This document shows positions 30,302-37,346 of a stretch of DNA of 64,000 nt, piece by piece. Numbering within the stretch: position 1 is the first letter of the stretch; the number at the start of each line of letters is the position of its first letter. Source of the DNA: Hyphomicrobiales bacterium (GTDB lineage: Bacteria > Pseudomonadota > Alphaproteobacteria > Rhizobiales > Aestuariivirgaceae); contig JANPDD010000153.1 of the NCBI GenBank assembly GCA_031431295.1, positions 8,151 through 72,150 on the forward strand. The letters are read 5' to 3'. The position numbers and the translations under genes were made by a program. The notes beneath the pieces were generated by a model. It made no database searches and was not told the origin of the DNA. It saw only the letters and a program-made list of their open reading frames with translations.

Positions 30302-30438
30302 AGTTCCCCGGCATGGACAACCGCGGCAAGATCAGGCTTTCGATGAAGGTCGTGGATCAGACGACGGGCGAAGACCTGTCGAAAAAGCAAGCTGCCGAAG
30401 GTGGCGACGAAGGCGGGGATGAGAAGACGGGGGACTGA
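30302..30438 (+). repeat. Displaced copy 2 of the pnp 3' end
   Basis: Encodes [44 protein letters not shown]. Aligns with pnp 29374-29491, with mostly synonymous differences up to the tail. Confidence 0.9.
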
Positions 30439-30466
30439 GGTCACTCACACCTGTGAAAGAATTGAG

Positions 30467-30500
30467 CGCGGGTGCAGAAAGGTGCCCGCGTTTTTCTTTT
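30467..30500 (+). terminator. Intrinsic terminator after pnp-tail copy 2
   Basis: cgcgggtgc-agaaag-gtgcccgcg (9 bp including 2 GU pairs) followed by tttttctttt. Confidence 0.8.
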
Positions 30501-30523
30501 GCGCTCAACACAAAATCTAACAC

Positions 30524-30559
30524 CTTGTAAAGACCCATTACAAGTGCTATTAAAAGTGC
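30524..30559 (+). promoter_or_regulatory. Putative promoter/operator of the second TA cassette
   Basis: TTGTAA-17nt-TATTAA. Inverted repeat cttgtaa...ttacaag (30524-30544). Direct repeat aagtgct x2. Confidence 0.5.
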
Positions 30560-30576
30560 TGAAAAAGGCAAATTCA

Positions 30577-30825
30577 ATGACTCACCAAATTCACGCAACG
30601 ACCACCGCCAGCGTTACAGAACTGAAAAAGAACCCGATGGGCATTGTAGCTGCGGGGGAAGGTTTCCCGGTGGCCATTCTTAATCACAACGAGCCGGCCT
30701 TTTATTGCATTCCTGCCAAAGCCTATGAGGCCATGCTTGAGCGGCTGGAAGACCTGGAACTCAACGCCATCGCCGATGCCCGCGAAGGCCAGACCGTCCA
30801 CAAGGTCCGGCTCGATGAGCTATGA
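30577..30825 (+). CDS. Phd/YefM(StbD)-family antitoxin
   Basis: Internal ATG of track ORF 30472-30825 (the upstream part of that ORF covers the terminator). MTHQIHATTTASVTELKKNPMGIVAAGEGFPVAILNHNEPAFYCIPAKAYEAMLE is a typical Phd/YefM fold sequence. Confidence 0.8.
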   Translation: MTHQIHATTTASVTELKKNPMGIVAAGEGFPVAILNHNEPAFYCIPAKAYEAMLERLEDLELNAIADAREGQTVHKVRLDEL

Positions 30826-31096
30826 ACTGGCCTTCCTTGATGCGGCGCTGTAGGAATGGCGCAAACTCGACAGCCAGACCCGGGACCAGTTCAAGGCCAA
30901 ACTGGAAGAGCGGCTTCAAAACCCCAAAATCCCCTCGGCGCGACTGAATGGCCCGAAGGACCGCTACAAGATCAAGCTGCGCAATGCCGGATACAGGCTC
31001 GTCTATGAAGTAAGGGACCAGCAGTTGATCGTACTTGTTGTCGCGGTGGGAAAACGCGAGCGGAATGAGGTGTATAAGGCGGCGGAACGGCGGTGA
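30815..31096 (+). pseudogene. relE: RelE/StbE-family toxin with a premature in-frame TAG at codon 13
   Basis: Hand translation: MSYELAFLDAAL*EWRKLDSQTRDQFKAKLEERLQNPKIPSARLNGPKDRYKIKLRNAGYRLVYEVRDQQLIVLVVAVGKRERNEVYKAAERR*. TAG at 30851-30853 sits where the family has Lys (ALKEW). No downstream in-frame Met. Confidence 0.8.
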
Positions 31097-31121
31097 GGGA
31101 GACGAGGACAAAATCGTCTAA

Positions 31122-31262
31122 GTCAAGTTCCTCGGCATGGACAACCGCGGAAAGATCAGGCTTTCGATGAAAGTGGTCGATCAGGTGACGGGCGAAGACC
31201 TGTCGAAGATGCAGGCTGCCGAAGGTGGCGCTGACGGCGGGGACGAGAAGACGGGGGACTGA
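31122..31262 (+). repeat. Displaced copy 3 of the pnp 3' end
   Basis: First 64 nt are identical to 29369-29432. Encodes [46 protein letters not shown]. The tail resembles copy 2, not the live gene. Confidence 0.92.
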
Positions 31263-31288
31263 AGCTTACAACGAATACAGGAATGATG

Positions 31289-31318
31289 GGCGCGGGGTGT
31301 GTTTAGCCCCGCGTTCGT
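31289..31318. terminator. Stem-loop after pnp-tail copy 3, overlapping the stop of the convergent 255-aa gene (bidirectional terminator candidate)
   Basis: cgcgggg-tgtgtttag-ccccgcg followed by ttcgttt. Confidence 0.6.
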
Positions 31319-32070
31319 TTCAAGAATTCCTCCCGGGAGATGCTGGTAGTCGGAAGATTTCCATTGGACTGAAGAATGAGTTCGACTCTGATGCCGTTGT
31401 ACCCATCTTCATCTCTGGTAAAACTGAACTGCCTGTTGGCTACCGAATAAATTGTTTCGTCGCCAAAAAACCGATCTTCTCCGTACCAAGTACTGCCCGC
31501 GACGTAAAAAAGTTCAAAGGTGCCGAGCGGCATCTTTGATTCCAGTGTTTGTCCAGCCCTGACGTAATACGACGCTACTGTAAGGCCTTTGCCATCAACC
31601 AAATACACAAAATAGTCTGCGTTTGAGGAAACGCCTATCTTAAACGGAGCAACGCTACTTTTCGGAGCCTTGCCAAAGCGACCAGTTTCAGGTCGAGCCA
31701 GGCCAAAAACTTCCTCATCAGTGAGCTCTTTTTTCCCGAGGTCGCTCCAGTCCAAGTCATCGGGTTTGGCGCTTGTAGCTTCCGCAGTATCTGTTTGGTC
31801 CACAGAGGTGCCAGCCGCCGATGGAGCTACTGTCCTCTGGGAATTCTCGGAAACAACTGCGGTGCGTGGCAACAAGAACATCGTCCCAAAAGCGCCAACA
31901 ATTATTCCGATTAGAAGGAGGCGCCCGCCGCTTCCGCCAGATCTGCGAGGAATTGCGATCAAAACTCTACCGCAGTTTCCACAAGCCACGCTGGACGAAA
32001 TAGTGGGTGGAACACTATTCAGCGTATTACAGGATGAGCATTGAAGGAGGTTGTCTGCCATGGCGACCAA
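31303..32070 (-). CDS. Hypothetical membrane-anchored protein: N-terminal double CxxC zinc ribbon, one TM helix, conserved-looking C-terminal beta-rich domain
   Basis: 255 aa. CSSCNTLNSV...CGNCGRVL. TM segment LLLIGIIVGAFGTMFLL. C-terminal DYFVYLVDGKGLTVASYYVRAGQTLESKMPLGTFELFYVAGSTWYGEDRFFG. Lower GC by eye. Confidence 0.7.
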   Translation of the reverse strand: MVAMADNLLQCSSCNTLNSVPPTISSSVACGNCGRVLIAIPRRSGGSGGRLLLIGIIVGAFGTMFLLPRTAVVSENSQRTVAPSAAGTSVDQTDTAEATSAKPDDLDWSDLGKKELTDEEVFGLARPETGRFGKAPKSSVAPFKIGVSSNADYFVYLVDGKGLTVASYYVRAGQTLESKMPLGTFELFYVAGSTWYGEDRFFGDETIYSVANRQFSFTRDEDGYNGIRVELILQSNGNLPTTSISREEFLKRTRG

Positions 32071-32112
32071 CTTGCAGTGGACGACCTACAGTCACATAAT
32101 TGGCGACATGGT

Positions 32113-32408
32113 TCAAGGATGCGGCGTGATCGCGATGATTGTGATCACGTCTTTTCCGGGGCCGTAGTGCCAGAACACGCGGTAAGCGCCGGGCGTGTTG
32201 TTTTCCGCGTAGGCTTCAAAGATACCCTCGCCAAACTCGCCTGCGAGGCCGTTGTATTTGTGTGTATTAAGTCCGGGGTGGCGAGGGTTGTTTTCAAGAT
32301 GTGCCAATGCCTTGTGAACCGCCTTGCAGCGCTTTCGAAGTGCCGGATTGGCCTCAAGATCATCATCTGCGCATTTGCCTCAGAAGTAAACTTGACGCGG
32401 AAGGGCAC
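32113..32408 (-). pseudogene. Putative ParE-like/RelE-superfamily toxin disrupted by a 1-nt frameshift
   Basis: GTG at 32408 opens VPFRVKFTSEANAQM, then the coherent sequence continues in the -1 frame: DDLEANPALRKRCKAVHKALAHLENNPRHPGLNTHKYNGLAGEFGEGIFEAYAENNTPGAYRVFWHYGPGKDVITIIAITPHP*. Restoring one G in cagatgatgatc (to cag atg gat gat c) joins the frames. Family assignment is from memory of ParE-like toxins ending ...ITPHP. Confidence 0.55.
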
Positions 32409-32416
32409 AGGACGCC

Positions 32417-32677
32417 CTATGCGCCAAGATGCTTCTTGAAACTACCGCGCGAGGTGACACGACCAGCAGCAGATTCTGCAAGTCCCCGCCTGACGCTCTC
32501 CAAAGCTTCAGGGTTCTTGAACAGCCAGCTCTCCCGCAGCGGAATCTCAACAAAGGGCACCAGCACGATGCTTCCATCTTTTTCCTGGCGGGCGTGAAAA
32601 CTCGAGATGCCCTCAGCCAGCTTGCCGAGCGTGACACGGCCCTTGGAATCAGGCCGAAGATTGAGTGTTTGTGTCAT
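32417..32677 (-). CDS. AbrB/SpoVT(MazE)-fold antitoxin
   Basis: MTQTLNLRPDSKGRVTLGKLAEGISSFHARQEKDGSIVLVPFVEIP is a swapped-hairpin AbrB-type motif. Start taken at the second Met of track ORF 32417-32695. Palindrome gtgggaaat-agtcc-atttcccac (32680-32702) lies just upstream. Confidence 0.7.
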   Translation of the reverse strand: MTQTLNLRPDSKGRVTLGKLAEGISSFHARQEKDGSIVLVPFVEIPLRESWLFKNPEALESVRRGLAESAAGRVTSRGSFKKHLGA

Positions 32678-32708
32678 AAGTGGGAAATAGTCCATTTCCC
32701 ACTAACCT

Positions 32709-33707
32709 TCAAGTGGGCTGCAAACCTCTCGCCTTCGCGTACTCCAGGCACGCCTCCCACGGCCTGATGGAGGCAGACGTGGTGATCCCGTGCAGCGATG
32801 TGGCGGCACTGGCATTGGCCAGCGCCAGACATTGCCCGAGCGGCCAGTCCTCGTGGATCCCAAACAACATGCCGGCATGGAAGGCATCACCGGCACCCAC
32901 CGCACTGACGATCTCTGCCTGCGGCACATTCACGGCGGCGGCCCGCACCACTTCACCCGACTTCGTTGCAGCGACAGCGCCCATGGGATGGTGAATGGCG
33001 GCGATCTCGCCAACGCCCAAGGCCAGAAGGTTGCGTGCTGCCGCCTCGGCCAGTGCCCAGTCAAAACGGCCCTCGCGCAGCACGGGCAGTCCGCCCACAA
33101 TTTCAGCTTCCGAGTCATTGATGATGAAATAGTCGAGCAGCGGCAGGCAAGGCCTGGTGTAAGTGCGTTGCGTCTTGGCCGGGACAGGGCAGAGTTCCAT
33201 GCAGGTCTTGAAGCCGCGCCGCTTCACGGCCGTCAGCACCGTGCGCCAGCCATCGCTCTTGTCCATGGACGACGAGAGCCCCGGCGAACCCAGATAGAAA
33301 ATTTTTGCCGTGTCCTGTGTCGGCAAGAGGTGTCCGGCTGCCAGCGTGTCATTGGCGCCGGGGCGATAGAAGAAGGTGCGCTTTCCGGTTTTGGCCGCCG
33401 TCATGACGTGGGTGTAGTCGGTGTTGATGTTGGCCACACGCCTGATACCGGAGACATCAAGGCCTGCCGCCTTGGCATTGTTTAGAAACACATCGCCATA
33501 CTGATCATCCCCAACCACGCCGATCATCGCCACGGGAAATGGTGCGGCAAGCCTGATCAGGCTGGTCGCGGCATTGTGGGGCGGCCCCCCGGCGGAGAGT
33601 ATGCATTCGCGGATGAAGGAAATCTGCTCTTCCTCCGGCCAGGTTTCGATCACGTTGTTGACATCGAGAACGGCAGTTCCTGCGCAAATGATGCCGGAGC
33701 GAGCCAC
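32709..33707 (-). CDS. PfkB-family carbohydrate kinase
   Basis: 332 aa. N-terminal GxG-rich sheet (IICAGTAVLDV). C-terminal ATP motif VSAVGAGDAFHAGMLFG. Confidence 0.85.
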   Translation of the reverse strand: MARSGIICAGTAVLDVNNVIETWPEEEQISFIRECILSAGGPPHNAATSLIRLAAPFPVAMIGVVGDDQYGDVFLNNAKAAGLDVSGIRRVANINTDYTHVMTAAKTGKRTFFYRPGANDTLAAGHLLPTQDTAKIFYLGSPGLSSSMDKSDGWRTVLTAVKRRGFKTCMELCPVPAKTQRTYTRPCLPLLDYFIINDSEAEIVGGLPVLREGRFDWALAEAAARNLLALGVGEIAAIHHPMGAVAATKSGEVVRAAAVNVPQAEIVSAVGAGDAFHAGMLFGIHEDWPLGQCLALANASAATSLHGITTSASIRPWEACLEYAKARGLQPT

Positions 33708-33715
33708 TACACTGT

Positions 33716-34708
33716 CTATCCCCGATAGCCGTCCAGCACAGGTTCCGTGATTTTCCGGTCGTCCTCCAGCGCCCGCACAGGCTTCAACTTCTTGCCTGCA
33801 AGGATGGCATGGTATTCAACAACGGCCTGTTCCGGCGTCACGTCACGTTCAATGACACGGCGGAACATGCGCACGAGATCAATGGGGCTTTCCGAAAGCT
33901 TGATCTTGCGTCCGAAAAGGGCGACGCGGGCCCCTGATTTCTCGCCCTGGTGCAAGAGCTCGAAAGTGTCGCGGGTTGTGCCGCCCGAACCGCCCAGAAT
34001 GCCCACCACAAGGCCAGAATCATAGCCTGCCAATTCCTCCATCCAGCGCCGCCCGTTGAAGGGGATCTTGAGAAAGAGCGGCCGGTCGGCACTGGTCATG
34101 CCGGCAATGGTGCGCAGGATGTTGTCATTGACAAAGGCCGGCACCTGTTCAGGCGACAGGCGCTCCGGGGCGTTGGGGTTGAAGACTTCGAGGAAGTGGC
34201 GGAACTTGAGGCGTGCCGCCTCGGCGCGGAATTCATTGTAGGCCAAGAGTGAATTGTAGTCCCGCTCAAGATTGTTGTTGAAGGTGACGGAGTAGAGGCC
34301 AAGGTCAGCGAAGCGTTTGCAATGGGCGAGGTTTGCGGTGCGGAAGGGGCGCGACATTTCGTTTGTGTAGGATGAGTGACGGGCGCGCCAGATGTCGGTT
34401 GCGTCATTGGCGCGGATCGCCGGTGTGACGGGTGACTTCTTGAACACGCCGGACACCGCCACGGCCTCCAGCGACGAGGCCGCCGCCAGCATGATGTCAA
34501 GTCCGCCACGCTTCACCATGTCAATGATTGATGCGCGGAAGTTCTGCGCCGATTCAAATGGTCCGTGGGGATGGGCCAAGTCCCTGGGGCCGGTCGATGA
34601 TGCGCCGCCGGACATTTCGGGATCCTTGGCGTCGGCCAGAATGAAGTCTCGCGGCGTGTATTTTCCTGAGGTCATTTTCCGCAGTTTGATGTCGAGCGAC
34701 TTGGCCAT
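33716..34708 (-). CDS. Hypothetical protein, possibly aldolase-type TIM barrel, operonic with the PfkB kinase
   Basis: Start at MAKSLDIKLRKM with a GAGGAA RBS, inside track ORF 33716-34762. FLKIPFNG, VVGILGGSGGTT and ALFGRKI resemble class-I aldolase/DhnA-like strands. The fold assignment is tentative. Confidence 0.6.
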   Translation of the reverse strand: MAKSLDIKLRKMTSGKYTPRDFILADAKDPEMSGGASSTGPRDLAHPHGPFESAQNFRASIIDMVKRGGLDIMLAAASSLEAVAVSGVFKKSPVTPAIRANDATDIWRARHSSYTNEMSRPFRTANLAHCKRFADLGLYSVTFNNNLERDYNSLLAYNEFRAEAARLKFRHFLEVFNPNAPERLSPEQVPAFVNDNILRTIAGMTSADRPLFLKIPFNGRRWMEELAGYDSGLVVGILGGSGGTTRDTFELLHQGEKSGARVALFGRKIKLSESPIDLVRMFRRVIERDVTPEQAVVEYHAILAGKKLKPVRALEDDRKITEPVLDGYRG

Positions 34709-34785
34709 GCTTTCCTCACTTGATCTCGATGGGCTTATGGCGGCACATTGACCTTGAAACAAGACGCGAGGGCCGCGCGCGGGCC

Positions 34786-35505
34786 ATGAGAAAAACGCTG
34801 GTCATGATTCCGGCTTTTGGCTGTGATGCAGGGCTCTATCGGGCAATTGAAACGGCGTTGACTGGGATGGCCGATCTGCAAACGGTCATCGCTGACGGAC
34901 GCCACTTCGACGCCATGGTAGCGGGTGTGCTGGCGAAGGCGCCCGAAAAATTCATCATCCTTGGCACGTCGATGGGCGGACGGCTGGCGCTGGAAGTGGC
35001 ACTTGCTGCTCCCGGTCGTGTGCAGGGGCTCGTGGTGATCGGGGCGGGGGCCGGCGGCGTTGTCGATCCGGCAGCAGGACTTCTCCGTTCAGCCCGCATT
35101 CGCGGAGGTGAAAAGGAGACCGTTCTGCGCGAGATGGGTGATATGACGTCCCATTTGCCGGGTCCAAAGGGACCTGCAACGCGCCAAGCCTTCGTGGCCA
35201 TGGGCAGCACCATGGATGTTGAGCGCCTGGCGCGACAGTCGGATGCCTTGGCGCACCGGATCGACCGCTGGCCTCGACTTGCCGAGATCACCTGCCCGAC
35301 GCTGTGCCTGTGGGGTGACCATGACCAGTTCAGCCCGGCAGCGGATGGGAAAAGACTGGCTCAAGGGGTGCAGCGCGGCCGTTATGTGGAGATCAAGGAC
35401 TGCGGACATTTCCCGACGCTGGAATATCCGGCGGAAGCCGCCATGCTGATTTCCAGGTGGCTGCAGGACGAGGTTCAGTTTGAAAATCAGGCCGCACTGG
35501 CATAG
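34786..35505 (+). CDS. Alpha/beta-fold hydrolase
   Basis: MRKTLVMIPAFGCDAGLY... Nucleophile elbow GTSMGG. C-terminal DCGHFPTLE histidine motif. Confidence 0.8.
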   Translation: MRKTLVMIPAFGCDAGLYRAIETALTGMADLQTVIADGRHFDAMVAGVLAKAPEKFIILGTSMGGRLALEVALAAPGRVQGLVVIGAGAGGVVDPAAGLLRSARIRGGEKETVLREMGDMTSHLPGPKGPATRQAFVAMGSTMDVERLARQSDALAHRIDRWPRLAEITCPTLCLWGDHDQFSPAADGKRLAQGVQRGRYVEIKDCGHFPTLEYPAEAAMLISRWLQDEVQFENQAALA

Positions 35506-36920
35506 GCCAATGCCCCCATCATGCCGGAATTCATGTGGTAGAGATGGTGGCAGTGGAAGGCCCAGGTGCCGGGATTGTTGGCGTCGAACTGGATGGTTAT
35601 AACATTGTCTGGCGGCACAAGAACCGTGTCGCGGATGGCCCCATTGATGCGTTGCCCGTTGATCTCGACAACCTTGAAATAGTGGCCGTGCAGATGCATG
35701 GGGTGGGACATCGTGGTGTCATTGCGGAGGATCATCTCATAGCGCTCGCCTTCGCGCACGGTCATGATCGTGTCGTGCAGGGAGTATTTGTCGTTGAGGC
35801 CCCAGAGATAATCCGCGCCCCCGCCTGTCAGCCTGACGATTTCACTGCGCGAGACAGCAATTTCAGGGGGAACGGCAACGGAGCGGAGTCTTCCCTCAAG
35901 GGAGAGATCAAGTGCCGGTTGCACCTCACCCTGGTCCGACAGGCGCGCCACCGCGCCCTTGCCCTGGCGTAGTATGATGCCCCCCTGCAGTGTTGAACCT
36001 TCGCTTCTGAACAGGATGGGCCAGGCACCTGGTCCCGGTGGAAGCTGCAATCGGATATCGGCACGCTGGGCGATGGCGAGCGGAAAGCGCGATCCCCCGA
36101 CGGCATGGATGGATTTGCCATCAACGGCAATGATCTCACCTGAAAGCGCGCCCAGATCGATCCACAGATTGCTGGCGGCACAGGCATTGATGAGGCGCAG
36201 CCGCAGGCGGCCCATTCTTTCGACGCCAACGATTTCAGGATCGTCGAGTGTGCGGTCATTGGCAAGCAGGGCATCATAGGCAATGTCACTGAGCATGCCA
36301 GGCATCGATGAGGCTGGCATGGATGAAGCTGGCATGGCGTGTCCCGCATGGGCGCCGCTGCCAGCCTGCAGTTCGGCGAGAATGTCCTTGGGATCGCGGA
36401 AGGTGAAATCATGGAGCATGACCACATGTTCCTGTTCGTCAAACAGGGGTGTTTCGGTCTCGCGGATGATGAGGGGGGCCGCCAGCAGGTGCTGCTCTTG
36501 CAGGCCAACATGGGAATGCATCCAATGGGTGCCAGCCTCGCGGTTGGCAAAATCATAAGGGCGGGTTTCACCGGGCCTGATCGTGGGGCCAGACAGCATG
36601 GGGGTTCCATCCATGGCAGGGGGCGGCGTCAGGCCGTGCCAGTGGATGAGCGTCTCCTCTGCAAGGTCATTTTTGATGCTGACCGAAAAGCGTGGGGCCA
36701 GCACCATGCTGATGCCGTGACGCCCGGCGGCATCAATGAGGCCATAGACTTTCGCTGCCTTTCCCTTGACCTCCAAAATGCGGCTTGTTGCCGCAAGTGC
36801 GATGGGGTTGGACCAGGCCGGAGACGGCGCAATTGCAGTACTGGCGAGGGCCGCCGAGCCTGCAAGAAAATGGCGCCGCGTCAGGGCTTCACGGCGTGAT
36901 GCGGTGTTGTGTTCTGTCAT
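35487..36920 (-). CDS. Multicopper oxidase (CopA/PcoA-like), Tat-exported
   Basis: 477 aa. Twin-arginine signal RRHFLAGSAALAST. Copper motifs HWHGL and HCHHLYHMNSGMM. Met-rich repeat MPASSMPASSMPGM. Confidence 0.9.
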   Translation of the reverse strand: MTEHNTASRREALTRRHFLAGSAALASTAIAPSPAWSNPIALAATSRILEVKGKAAKVYGLIDAAGRHGISMVLAPRFSVSIKNDLAEETLIHWHGLTPPPAMDGTPMLSGPTIRPGETRPYDFANREAGTHWMHSHVGLQEQHLLAAPLIIRETETPLFDEQEHVVMLHDFTFRDPKDILAELQAGSGAHAGHAMPASSMPASSMPGMLSDIAYDALLANDRTLDDPEIVGVERMGRLRLRLINACAASNLWIDLGALSGEIIAVDGKSIHAVGGSRFPLAIAQRADIRLQLPPGPGAWPILFRSEGSTLQGGIILRQGKGAVARLSDQGEVQPALDLSLEGRLRSVAVPPEIAVSRSEIVRLTGGGADYLWGLNDKYSLHDTIMTVREGERYEMILRNDTTMSHPMHLHGHYFKVVEINGQRINGAIRDTVLVPPDNVITIQFDANNPGTWAFHCHHLYHMNSGMMGALAYASAA

Positions 36921-37147
36921 CGTGCTAAAATGCCAGCATGGTGAAGAGATTGTAAACTGAAAATTCTGTCATGTGCCCAAGACGGAGCGCAACCGCGCCG
37001 GAAAATCCAAGGAAGTCAATATAGTATCCGCCGCCACTGCGAATACAGAGATATGCGGAAGATTTTAGTGACCGCGTTAAAACCACGGCAAGTTGCATGA
37101 TGTATTGCCGATTTGTAATGATGGCTTTGGTGACACGGGAGTGAATC

Positions 37148-37324
37148 GTGCGGGCTTTGACAAGGATTGCCAGGCAATATGTCGCCGATGAAGACGGCGC
37201 CACGGCCATTGAATATGTGATTATCGCAGCTTCACTGACGCTCGCCCTGGTTCCCGGGTTCTATTGGGTATCGGATGCGATGACAACCAAGTTCGGTTTC
37301 CTGATCAGCTTCATCCTCGGCTGA
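37148..37324 (+). CDS. flp: Flp/Fap-family type IVb pilin
   Basis: 58 aa, shorter than any ORF listed in the track. GTG start follows an in-frame TGA. VRALTRIARQYVADEDGATAIEYVIIAASLTLALVPGFYW... contains the Flp motif (G-ATAIEY plus a hydrophobic helix). Confidence 0.8.
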   Translation: MRALTRIARQYVADEDGATAIEYVIIAASLTLALVPGFYWVSDAMTTKFGFLISFILG

Positions 37325-37346
37325 TTTCAGCGGCCCGCACGGCGCG

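Larger units (their letters stand above)
29492..32708. other. Accessory islet after pnp: stacked TA cassettes separated by pnp 3'-end copies, an orphan membrane protein, and a decayed third TA pair
   Basis: See the individual features. Lower GC by eye than the flanks. No recombinase gene inside. Confidence 0.75.

Noticed and set aside
30181-30438. 85-aa plus-strand ORF ending with the pnp-tail copy 2
   Set aside because: Its first half overlaps higA out of frame and looks like noise. Only the last ~45 codons are pnp-derived. It is interpreted as a displaced gene remnant left open by chance, not a functional gene.
36925-37209. 94-aa minus-strand ORF between the multicopper oxidase and accA
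   Set aside because: It is an AT-rich promoter-like spacer with an implausible composition. It partly overlaps the much better supported Flp pilin gene on the other strand.
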